From NCBI GenBank assembly GCA_050575255.1, contig JBNZDD010013670.1, positions 310,001 through 374,000 on the forward strand: DNA of 64,000 bases. The letters are read 5' to 3'. This document shows, piece by piece, positions 1 through 11,600 of the stretch (positions are counted from its first letter, which is position 1; each line of letters starts with the position of its first letter). The stretch comes from Harriotta raleighana (lineage: Eukaryota). The position numbers and the translations under genes were made by a program. The notes below the pieces were generated by a model, which made no database searches, was not told where the DNA came from, and saw only the letters and a list, made by a program, of their open reading frames with translations.

Positions 1-1084
1 AGTGCTCTAACCACTAAGCCACAGGAGCTCCAAATCACTTTATTCCAATTGGTGCACTGTGAATCATACCATGAATGAAAATCACAAAGATGATTTGATA
101 ATCCTTCTCTGAAAGTCCTTCAGAACATTCGCCACAGTGAACACCAGAAGTTTGTGGCACATATCACACAGATCTGTTATATGTTCTCAGGCTAACAACA
201 ACTTACATCTATATTTATGCATAAATAGTAATTACATCACAACCTTTCAAAGTTCCAATGTTTGGGAGTAGTGGCTAAAAGCAAGGTTGCGATAGGGTAG
301 TACTGAACTATACAGCCTCAGTTCAATCCAAGTATTTAAATGCCCTTTATTGTAGTGCATATTGGCTGATACATATCTATAACAGACATCGATAACAAGA
401 GACATCAGAGAAAGTTTCAGTCTTCCACATACCCAAGTCCTGTACTACATTTCAAAACTCTCCCATCCTCCTCCCCCCTTCCCAGGAAGGACTTTGAGCA
501 GATATTGTTCATTGGGAACCGCTGAGAACAAAACAAAGACATATGTGCTCATCACAAACTCCCTGTACATTTATTGATCTAAATTCTTTTTTTGTTTCAG
601 TAAATGATTCTATCCAGTCCAGGAGCACGTATTTCTAACATGTGTGCAATCAAATGCACCAAGGAAACCAGGAGTGTTACAACAGACTTTGTTCTTAAAA
701 GAGAATAGAGATAACCAATTACTCAATTCTCCAATACAGCCAAATTAAATCAATTTAGTTACCCACTGATGCCTACTTTGAAACCAGCAGGGTCTGAAGA
801 AACACAGTAACACAGATATCAAAAACAGTTGTCAATGCAGCTCATGAACTTTTACTAACTTTTGACTTATTGTCCAAATTTGTCATTATTTCTAAACATA
901 ACTGTAGAGCGAACTCCTTTTTTAAAAAAAAGTTTTATTGATGAGAGAGGTCAGGACTGTTCACCGCCATGAACCTGACCACTTTCCACTAGGGAATGAA
1001 GATTATCCTTGCAGACAAGCCCCAATCCCCTCCAAATTTTCTAGATCCGAAACTGCCAAAGGACAATACAGCACCGATGCCTGT

Positions 1085-1790
1085 CGTCACCACCACCACA
1101 ACAACAAAATTTCCTTTGCTTAGCTACTTTCATGGTCGGGAGGACATCAGAAGGGTTTGGGAATTCAGTGTTTCGGACCCAAGCTGGGTCGGGATCAGGG
1201 TAGATGGAGGAAGGGAGGAAGGGAGGGGAAGAGGGGTGACCTATGGCACCATCGAAGAGGAGGGTCTTGAGGCAAGACTTGAAGGAGGCTGGGGAGGTCG
1301 AGACGGAAGGATTGCGGGATGGAATTCCAGAGGTTGGGGGCAGAGTGGCTGAAGGCTCACCCGCTGATGGTGGGGAGGGTGGTTGGGAGACATGGAGCAG
1401 GCTAGAGCCCACTAAGCAGAGGAAACAGGTATGTAGGTAGGGGGTTAAGAAGTCACAGAGGCAATATCATAGAAGCTTTGAAGGTGAGGACCAAGATCAG
1501 TGAATCCACTGAGTAATGGGAAGCCAGTGAAGGAGGTGAGAATGGGGGAGATGTGGGTAACATGATGCAGGAGAGGACATGATGCAGGAGAGGACATGGG
1601 CTGCAGGGTTCTGGATGATCTGTAGCCTATGGAAGGAGGAATTGGGGAGGCCGACAAGCAGGGAGTTGGCATAGTTGAGTCTGGATGTGATGAAATATGA
1701 ATGAAAGTTACAACGACCTGAGGGGTGAGCTAGAGGCAAAGTTGGAAAATGTTGTGAAGGTGAGGGTAGGCATAGAAAGGCAGACCACAT
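1085..1790 (-). mobile_element. L2-clade LINE 3' fragment
   Basis: Degenerate RT C-terminus ([26 protein letters not shown]; LHWLPI) and a (TTG)n tail. Confidence 0.85.
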
Positions 1791-2090
1791 GAGAAAGTAA
1801 GGTGATTGGATTTCCTCTCAGGCAAGGCAAACACAGCCTGAGTCTAGTGACCAAGTGCTCAATAGACTTCTGTATCCCAGTATCACAGCTTCATCTTTGT
1901 AAGGAGAGGTCAAACTTCTCAGATTGGAAGCAATATTGATTCCAGTCCACAATGGATCTAAGGCATAGCTGTCACCAGGAGCTCAATCCTTCCCAAATGA
2001 ACCCTTAAATTCTGGGTAAGATTCGGTTGTGCTAGTATATCACAAGCAAATCTCAACAAAAGAACGTTTCCGGCAGGTTACATGTCGATA

Positions 2091-2650
2091 ACAACAAAAT
2101 TACATTTATATAGAGCTTTTCACATCAGGAGGACGTCCCAAGGCCCTGGACAGTTACTGCTTCAGATCCGAGCAGAGGACAGCGGGCGGAGGGAAGGGTT
2201 GGATAAGGAGTTTCCAATGCGTCCATCGAAGAGGAAAGTCTTGAGATGAGACTTTAAGGAGGCAGGGAGGGGGCAAGGCGGAGGGACTTTGGGATGGAGT
2301 TCCAGAGGTTGGGGGCAGAGTTGCTGAAGGCTTGCCCGCCAATGGTTGGGCGGGTGGGTCAGAGACGTGGAGTGGGGAAGGATGGGGGAGATGGGGTCAC
2401 GGAGTTTGGAACATAAAGGACATTGGCCGCAGAGTTCTGGATTATCTGCAGCCTGTGGAGGAAGGAATTGGGAAGGCCGACAAGCAGGGCGGTTGCATAG
2501 TCGAGCTGGGATGAAGGCATGGATGAGGGTTTCAGCGGCTTTGGGGGTGAGGTAGTGGTGGAGTCGGGCAATGTTGCGGGGGTGGGGAAAGGCAGAGCGA
2601 GTCATTGCTTGGACTTGGGGGAGAAAAGACAGTTGAGGGTCGAACAAGAC
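2091..2650 (-). mobile_element. L2-clade LINE 3' fragment
   Basis: FDPQLSFLPQV...AAETLIHAFI..LDY, SFKSHLKTFLF, tail tataaatgtaattttgttgtt. Confidence 0.87.
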
Positions 2651-3420
2651 ACCTTCTGCACCCTCAAGTTTATTGTGGTCAGCTTTGGGTGCGCTCCTAG
2701 GGTATCCAGTGGTTTTGCCCTGAGCAGTTTGAATCTCCTGCTGGGGTCAGGCCCCATTTGGTCTTTGTCGCGATTGAGCTGAAGGTCAGCTTGTCCCTCT
2801 TTACATAGGCCCTGATCCTATCGTGCATGAGCCTGAGACAGACTCTCACCGTCCCCCTCATTCTGCTTGAAGAACACCTAGTTTCAGGAATGCAAAGGGC
2901 TTCCTTTACAAAGTTTATAATCCTTCAGGCACACTCCAGGTGGGTCTCGCTGTGACATCCTGGGAAGAGGCCTTACAGCAACGAGTGCCGTGACCTTGGG
3001 TACCCAGGGACGAAAAGCGATTGTAGCCATTCCATCTTTTTCCAACCTTTGCAGTTCCAGGAAGAGGTGGTCCACGGTATCCCGGCCTCTGCAACCAGCC
3101 CGAGTGCAGCGAGCCGACTGTTACAGATCTCGCTTCTGCATGATCGCCCTGAGGGGGAAGGCCGCTTTATTGCCAGCCAGGACATGTCCTGATCGTTATT
3201 GGTCAGGGCCGATGATGAGGCATTTTGCCAGACTTTGCTGGACGTCACCACTTTGCTGTCACCCGGACCACTTGGTGATTGCGTGCGGGTCTGGGACGAT
3301 GTTCTTCAGGAATTTCTCTATATAGGACAGGTTTTCTGGCACGTTCCAAATGTGCAGAATGTTTCTAGGTAGTTCTGCCAGAATTCTCATCTGATGTCAG
3401 TCCCATATGATTCCAAACTC
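2651..3420 (-). mobile_element. Tx1/L1-clade LINE ORF2 3' fragment (zf-RVT-like region)
   Basis: Frameshifted peptides YIEKFLK, VWQNASSSALTN..QDMSWL, CCPRAGC..DTVDHLFLE and CLRLMHDRIRAYVKRD..TKWG; minus-strand AATAAA at 2674-2669. Confidence 0.6.
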
Positions 3421-3494
3421 CATGGGATGGCCACTTGTCTGCGTGTATGATTTCAGTAATGAAATCAGAAAGTTTTATTGCTGTAACACTAATA

Positions 3495-4616
3495 CAGTAA
3501 AAACCTGTTTATCCGGATCTCGATTAATCAGAACTTCCGTATAACCGGTACGTCAAGAAAAGGCCCCATCCGATTAACCGGATGTTATCCGACACAATAG
3601 CGGTGGCGCAAAAATGAATCGATTGTCGCATGAGAATACTGTACAAGTATTTTGACTTGCCGCTAATAGAGCCTTAAAGTTGTGCTGCCATTTTTTTCCC
3701 TCACATGGCATCCGCCATTGCGGAATTCGTTACACTGTACACCTGTATCCCAGTATCATGGCTTCAAATCAGACATCTACCAGGAAAGGTGATTTTTAGA
3801 TGAATAACAAAGGTCTGTTATTATCTGTTATTATTTAGTCTATTACAGTAAAAGTCTGTTTATCCAGCACCCACGGGATCTGGCCAGTTGTGATTAAACA
3901 GTTTTCCGGTTGCACGGTTTTTAATTAAAAAAAAAAAAAAATTCATTAAAAATTATTTTAACACATAACATATGAATAATAGATTAAATAATAACAGATA
4001 ATAACAATATTGTATGGGTACTTGTAAATGTTGTACACTGTACCATATAAATAATAGAGTAAATACAGTAATAACAGATACTGTACAGCAGAATATTGTA
4101 TGGCTACTTTATTGTAAATGTTGAATAATACTATATAAATAATAGACTAAATACACTAATAAGATACTATAATAACAAAATATTGTATTAGTACTTCATT
4201 ATTTATACTTAACTTCGCAATAGCGGCCCCCACAGAGGAAAACAAAACGGCAGCACAACTTTTAAAAAAAAAACAGTTGCACAACTTCTAAAGAAAATGG
4301 CAGGAGCGAGTTTAGGTTCGATTAGCGGCCAGCCAATATACCTGCACCAGAACTCGCATACAACAATCAATTCATTAAAAGCATTAACACTATTCTGCCG
4401 GAAAACTTCCAGTTTATCAACTCGGGACTTTTTTTTGAGGTTCCGGTTCAGCGGGTTTTCCGGTTCATCAAGTCACCGATAATGGGCTTTTACTGTATTA
4501 ATATGGTATGTGTTAAAATAAGTGATTTTTTTTGTGTTGGATTTTCGGCATCGGATCCAACCGTTTAACCGGCATTGGCCAGGTCCTGTGGGTGCCGGAT
4601 AAACGGGCTTTTACTG
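3495..4616. mobile_element. Tc1/mariner-pogo-type MITE (outer copy) containing a nested copy
   Basis: TA|CAGTAAAAACCTGTTTATCCGG ... CCGGATAAACGGGCTTTTACTG|TA terminal inverted repeats with TA target duplication. Confidence 0.8.
3846..4495. mobile_element. Same MITE family, inner copy in opposite orientation
   Basis: TA|CAGTAAAAGTCTGTTTATCCAGCACCCACGGGATCTGGCC ... GGGCTTTTACTG|TA. Confidence 0.78.
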
Positions 4617-5520
4617 TACCATAGTATCAATCTAACATGACACTGCAGTGCTGTGCTTAAAGAATGGCGCACTGTCAGAGGTTTTATCCTTCCGATGAAA
4701 TGGTAACCTAGGTCCTGCCTGGCCGTTCGGGTGGATGTTAAATGTCCCACACCATTATTCAAAAAGAGAAGGGAGTTTCTCCTATTGCTCTGGCCGATAA
4801 TCCACCCAATATAAAATTAGTCATCTAAAATTAGTAAAAGCTGTTTGTGTACATGCTGCGAGCAAATTGTCTACTTAGTTCGCCTAAAGATACATAGTCA
4901 CTGTACTTTACAGTAAATCCTGTGAAGCGCTTTGAGACATAGGAACACAGGAACAATAGAAGGCCATTCAACCCCTCGAGCCTACACCACCAATCTACTA
5001 GACCATGGCTAATTCTGTACCTCAACTCCAAATGTTTTTTCAAATTTTCAAAACATTTCAACAGTATGATAAAGCGCTATATTAAATGCAAGACTTGTTG
5101 AACAACTAAAAGATAGTTTGTTCAGTGGGTAGGTTCAGACCCAGTCCTGGATATTCACTATTGTCATCTTTATGTTTAGCTAGATGCCATTGGTACCAAT
5201 AACAGGCTCATATTTCAATTCTGTTCCACCACATTCTGGTTTACAATGACTAGTTGTTTCTTGCATCTCATTCTGATAAATAGGGAATTTCTCCTGATCT
5301 TCAGTGCCCTGGCCAACAATCCCTCAAAAAAAATTGTCACTTGGTTTACAGCTGTTTGTGGACAATTGCAAAGTATCTGATGAGCTCACCCACAAAAAAA
5401 AACATAAAGTAAGACATTATGGTATATTCTGTGAAGTGCTTTGAGACAACTCCATAACACAATAAGGCATTATATCAAATGCAAGGATAATAATAAATTT
5501 CCACCCCATCAGGCTCTTAC

Positions 5521-5674
5521 TTCGCAGCAATGGTCCTTTGCATTTTATTTTCTCCTCCGACAGGCTACGTGAAGCAACATCCTTCAGGATGACTACACCC
5601 TTTTGTGCTGATTGCTGAGCCCAGTCCTCTCTCCGTCGACCCATCCTCAGATTTGTAACAATATCACATCGGCC
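5521..5674 (-). CDS. CNBD2-like exon 10 (GRCDIVTNLRMGRRREDWAQQ...KGPLLR)
   Basis: Acceptor ttgccttatcag|; 'KS|GRCDIV' parallels CNBD2 'SKGSCEVL'. The best donor is A|GTAAGA (phase 1), but this 3' boundary is less certain. Confidence 0.75.
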
Positions 5675-8600
5675 CTGATAAGGCAAGAACAGCAGGCAAT
5701 TAAATAATGGTAATGTTCAATAAGATGAGAGCTTCACTGAAAGGTGCCTCTTCTTACTATCTATCTTGCAAAATAGCCTCAAAAATTATAAAAGTCAGTA
5801 GAATCAAAGAATTGTACAGCATTTAGGAGACCACTTCACCCTTGTGCCTGCTGTCTCCCTTGCCCTTTCCCCACATCCTTTTGAATTGTGTGCAAAGGCA
5901 TGAGTGTGTTACTATCACAAGTATGTGATACTGTTTGATGCTATTGGAGGGTCAAAATTCTGGTAGACAAACATTGTTAATCATGGTTAATCAAGAAACA
6001 AGAATGTAAGAATGTAAGAATTAGGAGCAGGAGTAGGCCATTTGACCCCTCGAGTCTTCCCTACCATTTAATAAGATCATGGCTGACCTTCTATCCCAAT
6101 TCCACTTACCTGCCCTATTCCCCATTTCCCTTAAGCTTTTAAAAATCTAGCGATCTCAGTCTTGAATATGTTGTTTTAAAATTCTAATGGCTTTTTTGTA
6201 CTACTTCAGATATACTCAGCTATTCCAGGAGAGGCACCTATCTTCCCAAACACTATCCAGCAAGTGGGAATTAGCACAGCCGATCAGCATGGCAAGCAAG
6301 GAACCCTCTGAAAGGTAACAAAATGCAAAATACAGCAGATGCTGGAAATCGGAAACAAAAACTGAAATCGCTGGCAACCATCAGCAAATTAGGCAGCATC
6401 TATGGAGAAAGGAAAGTGAGTCAACGTTTCGGATCCACTGTTCTGATGAAGGGTCATGGACCAGAAACATTGGCTCACTTACCTTTCTCCATAGATGCTG
6501 CCTGACCTGCTGAGTATTCCCTCGTAGGCCAGTTGAAGGTTACAAGATCAACAAAGGTGAAATGGGAAAGTTGGCAGCATAGAACCTGAATGTCAATTAG
6601 CCAAAAGATGCCAGAGTGCATTAAATGTAATCCAACAACACATGGCAGGATACAAGTGATTAGGGATCAGGGATTCTGATATAGCCGTTTGCCACCAAAT
6701 TATTCCACCCATTTTGAAGGAAATTCTTTTATTTACTTATGAATCCTAAATATCTTTCTGAAGTATAATGCTATCCTGCCCAGTGCTATATGATTTCTGA
6801 AGTTTGATTTCATGCATGTAGAAGAACTGATTTGGGATTGAAGCACATGAGTGTGTCTTGTCTAGCAAATCAGATTCCCTTAAAATAGCTTCTTGCGGAA
6901 GATGTGAGTTGGAAAAAACAGTAAAATTTCTCTAGATTGTCAAAATCCTCCCATTGTGAAAGGCGCTATATAAGTATAAATTGTATACAGCCTACCAAAT
7001 AAATAAACAAACAAATAAATCTAGCGCTTTGAGACATCTAGAATACATGAAATGTGCTATATCAAATGCAAGAATTATTATTAAATCCGAACAAAATCCT
7101 ACAATTCAATACATACACACATTAATCTTAATGGATCAGAACAAGTGTATGTGCTCTAAGACACTGTCCTGCATAGAGGGGGCGAAATAAGTGTGAGGTG
7201 TTGTAAGGACAAATGCACTGGTGTACATAACCCTGATGAGAATATGTGGTAATATAGTAACAAAGATCCTAACAAAAGCAAAATACACTTGGATTTATTG
7301 GGATTATGGCAATGAAGATTGCAGTAATGTTACATGACTATGGAAGATCAGAGAATACTTACTGATTTGACAACAACTATGAAAGAAGAGTTGCGGCTTT
7401 CAAGAATGACTGCTGTTCCTGATCTGTGAGAGGGAAGAAACGTGACTGCATGTACTGTGCAGAAAATAATGATGTACAACTAATTTCCAGGTTCTCTGTG
7501 GGCAAAATTGTTTTTATTGACTATGCAGTTGAAATGAATTCTCTAGCTACCTCTAACAGAGGGATAATGACCACCCACCTTTCTCCACCTAAAAGGATTG
7601 GGGGATTGCTGTGCTTTTGTGTCATACTGTCAAACCACACACTGTTTCCTGCACCTTCATGTGTGAAAGAAACAGGTATTTGCTTATATACAGTATTTCA
7701 CTTTCTCTGCCTATAATAATCAATAAGGAGCCCTGTAGCTCACTAGTTTACGCACTTGCCCCGCAAGTGAGAAATCTGTGTTTGGTTCCCGGCAGGGCTA
7801 AACCGTAGGCAAATTTCCTTACTCCACACACTTGATAATAATTCCTCAAGAAAAAAACCTAATACCAATTTGGTCGCTCAATCCACGACTGTTACTGTGT
7901 CACTGGTGTACACAGTTGGTGCAATTTGTTTTATGTTCTATCCAGTCAGTATTTCAGACACACATTACAAATTTTGTACTATTTCAGATTTATACATTCT
8001 ATAATCTGGTAATAAAGATGCTGCTTGCCTCCCCTAACAATTTTCATATCAGATCTCATTTTTTCAAATGTTCTCCTTTCCTGAGCTAGTAAATCACACT
8101 GGGAAATGGCTCCACAGAAAGCAATCGTCCTCCAGTACTGCACCTAAATTGGCCATTCTTCATGGATAGACGAAGATGGACATTGAATGTTTGAAGTGTC
8201 ATGAGCCATGTGGAGAGGTTAATCAGGGCCAAGCTTATTCCTGTGCTCACCCAATACCTGCACAAGCACATATTCCAGCAGGAATCACTGAATTACTGCT
8301 CTAGTTTCCTCAGGTCAATTGTAGCTTTCCAACTGTGGCCGTAACTCAGCATGTTACCAATGATTTTTTGGAAAATCACAGATTTTCGTCTGGCCAGAAT
8401 CCATGATTTGTTCTCTTTGTGCAAAAATAATCTTGAAATGTATTATTTACTTCCAAATGTTAGCAAGGTTGAACCGTCGGGCAGAAACAATACAGAAAGG
8501 TGAAAATGATGAAAAGAGAGAGATTGGAAGGAACTGGAAAAGAGGAAATAAACATTTAATGGATTGAAAATGGAAGGAGGAAAACGAACCAGCAGAAAAA

Positions 8601-11600
8601 CAAGAACAGAAATAGGAATTGAACAGGAAGAGGCAGTGGAATTAATCTACTTGAAGAATTTGCAGGTAGAGGGAGATCAACAACCCTAACAACAAGATTA
8701 CACTTGTATAGCGCCTTTCACATCAGGAGGACATCCCAAGGAGCTGGACAGTCATTGTTTCAAACTGGGCTGGGGTCGGGGACTGAGAGGGTAGAGGGAA
8801 AGCGGGGGATTTGAGGTAACCGATGTGACCGTCAAAGAGGAGGGTCTTGAGGTGGGACTTGAAGGAGCCAGGGAGGGGGCGAGGTGGAGGGACTGTGGGA
8901 TGGAGTTCCAGAGTTTGGGAGCAGAGTGGCTGAAGGTTCATCACCCACCAATAGTGGGGCGGGTGGGTCAGGGGACATGGAGCAGGCCGGAGCCTGCTGA
9001 GAAAGGAATAGAAAGAAGACAATAAACAACAACTCGCATTTATATAGCACCCTGATTAATCTCTCCACATGGCTCATGACACTTCAAACACTCAATGTCC
9101 ATCTAGCCTATCCATGAAGAATGGTCAATTTAGGTGCAGTACTGGAGGACGACTGCTTTCTGGGATGCCTTGAATAAACAGGAAGACAGAACAAACAGGT
9201 GCTGCCAATCACAAACAAAACGTAACATCAGCGATGATTTACTGGTTATAGAAAAGTTACTAAGTCTTTTTTATTTTGATCAGTTGGGATACATGTTCTG
9301 ACACATGTAGAAACCCATCACCATGGTTAAGAGTATCCAAATCATATACTGTAATAATAATCCTTGCATTTTGATATCCACCTTCACATGGAAATTCCCA
9401 GGTCGGGAATGGAATGTGCACGTTCTCCCTGGAGCGATGTATTCCTGCTTAACTAATTCCAGAGTGTTACATTATTAACTCATCATTATTAAAATCTTCC
9501 AGTGAATTAAAATGCAGTATGGTTGACACTAAACATTTGCATTGACCCTGGTTATTACAATTAAGAGTTAAAGTTGTTTCTGACCTGTAATGTCGCAGCA
9601 AACAACTGTGGGAAAGAAGCAGGAGATTTTCCAGGGACCAAGGTGTGAATATTGGGAGGGACCTGCAGGAACATTCAAATAAAAACAACTGAATAATTAC
9701 ATGCATTGTAGTAAATCTTTATAAGACTTGATAAGCATTTTATTGTGTCAACAAACTTGTTCAGTTTTATTTCTTACTCCTCCCTATGAGGACACACAAA
9801 GACACATAAAGACACCCAAAGTACAGAAATTTCCCAAAAGATTTTTTACCAGCTAATAATTTCAGTCAGGTTTCTGAATCAACTATGAACAATGAAACAA
9901 GATTATAATTAAAAAGTTTGTTCCAATATTATTTATTTTCTGTGCATTTCCTGGATTTTACTTGATATAATTTTAATCCTTGCATTTGAAATAACCTTAT
10001 GATATTATTGGCACATCTCCAAGCATTTTGTAGATTTTAATGTGAAGTATAGTCAAGTAACTCCATTTAATTATTCTTTTGAACACAAGATGTGTGTCCT
10101 GTACTTTGAAAATTGAGGTTTTTTCGCCGCTGGAGGGAAAAAGAGGCTTGTTGTTTAATCAGATTTTCTCAAGGACACATAAAAATGGTGAGTGTGCATC
10201 ATGCTTCAGGAGTCAGCCAACTCTGCATTTCGGAAATTTGGGGAGCTCCACATTTGGTCTGTCCATTCAAGTTCATCGTCAGCCTTGTTCAGCTGATAGC
10301 ACTCCCATCTCTGGGTGAGAAGGTTGCAGGTTCAAGCCTGATATCAGAACTTGGTACTCACATAGTCTAGGCAGACCAATACAATACTAGGGGACATGCT
10401 GCATTGTCGGGAGTACCATCCTTTGGATGTGTAGGATCGCTAAGTTTTCCGTATGTTGAATAAGTAATCCTCAGACACCGAGTGAATTGAAAAGTTCGTC
10501 TTTATTACAGTATTGCAAAAAGTTACAATACAGGTGGTTCTCTTATGGCTCGAGCAACTACAATACACACGTGCGGGTTTATATACCCCTACTTAGCCAA
10601 TAATATGCTTCAAAAGTAACCTCATGACCTCGTGCCAGTTCACTGCCCCTTAGAGGTATGCCCTTATATGGGCTCACTATTCCCTCAGTATCTTCTTTCT
10701 TTGTTCTCATCCTTACGGCCTTGAGACTACTCTCAAACTGGCTTGATCCAGTTCTAAACTGTTTTCTGGCGATTTTTAGTTTTAGATCCAAAATAAAGTT
10801 ATACACAGACAGATTCCTCCAGATGAGACATTAAACCAACATCTTTGTTTGTCCAGTTGGATGCTAAAGATCCCATGGCACTATTTGAATAGGGAGTTTC
10901 TCCAGGCTTCCTAGCCAACAGTTTCCCAAATAAAATTGCTCACTCACTTCACAGCTGTTGTTGGGTTGTTGCTGTGCACAAATAGGTGCTATATATTCAT
11001 CAAATATCCTGTAAATCCTGCAAAGCGCTTTGAGATGTCCTCCTGATGTGAAAGGCATCTCATACAAATATTAGGATTAAAAATCTTCTGGTACAAATCT
11101 AAAATGTCATGTTTTTGGCTAACAGTTGTTCATTGTATCATTGCGATATTAGAATACTGCACTGGACTGAGATAAACCTGCTTCCGAAGGACTGTCTTAA
11201 ATTCTTTGAAGCACAGTGTCAGTGTCAAACCATTTCCAAGCACCCTCTTGTGGATCAAAAATAAAAAGCATGCTATAGGCACAGTGAGAACCAATGTAGA
11301 AACTGTATCAGGCACCTGATAAAAAGAAAGGGAAGTTTAAAGGGTGTGGGGAGGCAGAGGAGAGTGTGATCACCTAGACGGTTCATGTGTGGAAAACCAT
11401 CAAACGTGATGTGATACTTTTGTTGTTTCATTCTATGAATCTGTTTTATTGATGAATAATGTACTTTCCATCAAATCCAATGAAAAAAAATGGGTTACAT
11501 ACTCCGCTCTAAACTTCATCCCTTCCTTTGGGTTCATTACCTTCAATGCTGGTGACTGGGAGCCAACAATGAGAACAGAAATGGCCATTTTGTTTAGCCC

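Noticed and set aside
433-521. Strong minus-strand acceptor (ctttgttttgttctcag) as a possible CNBD2-like exon 11
   Set aside because: In the required phase it reads VPNEQYLLKVLPGKGGGGWESFEM and hits a stop before the GTATGT donor, with no similarity to the family. The next real exon is probably outside the window.
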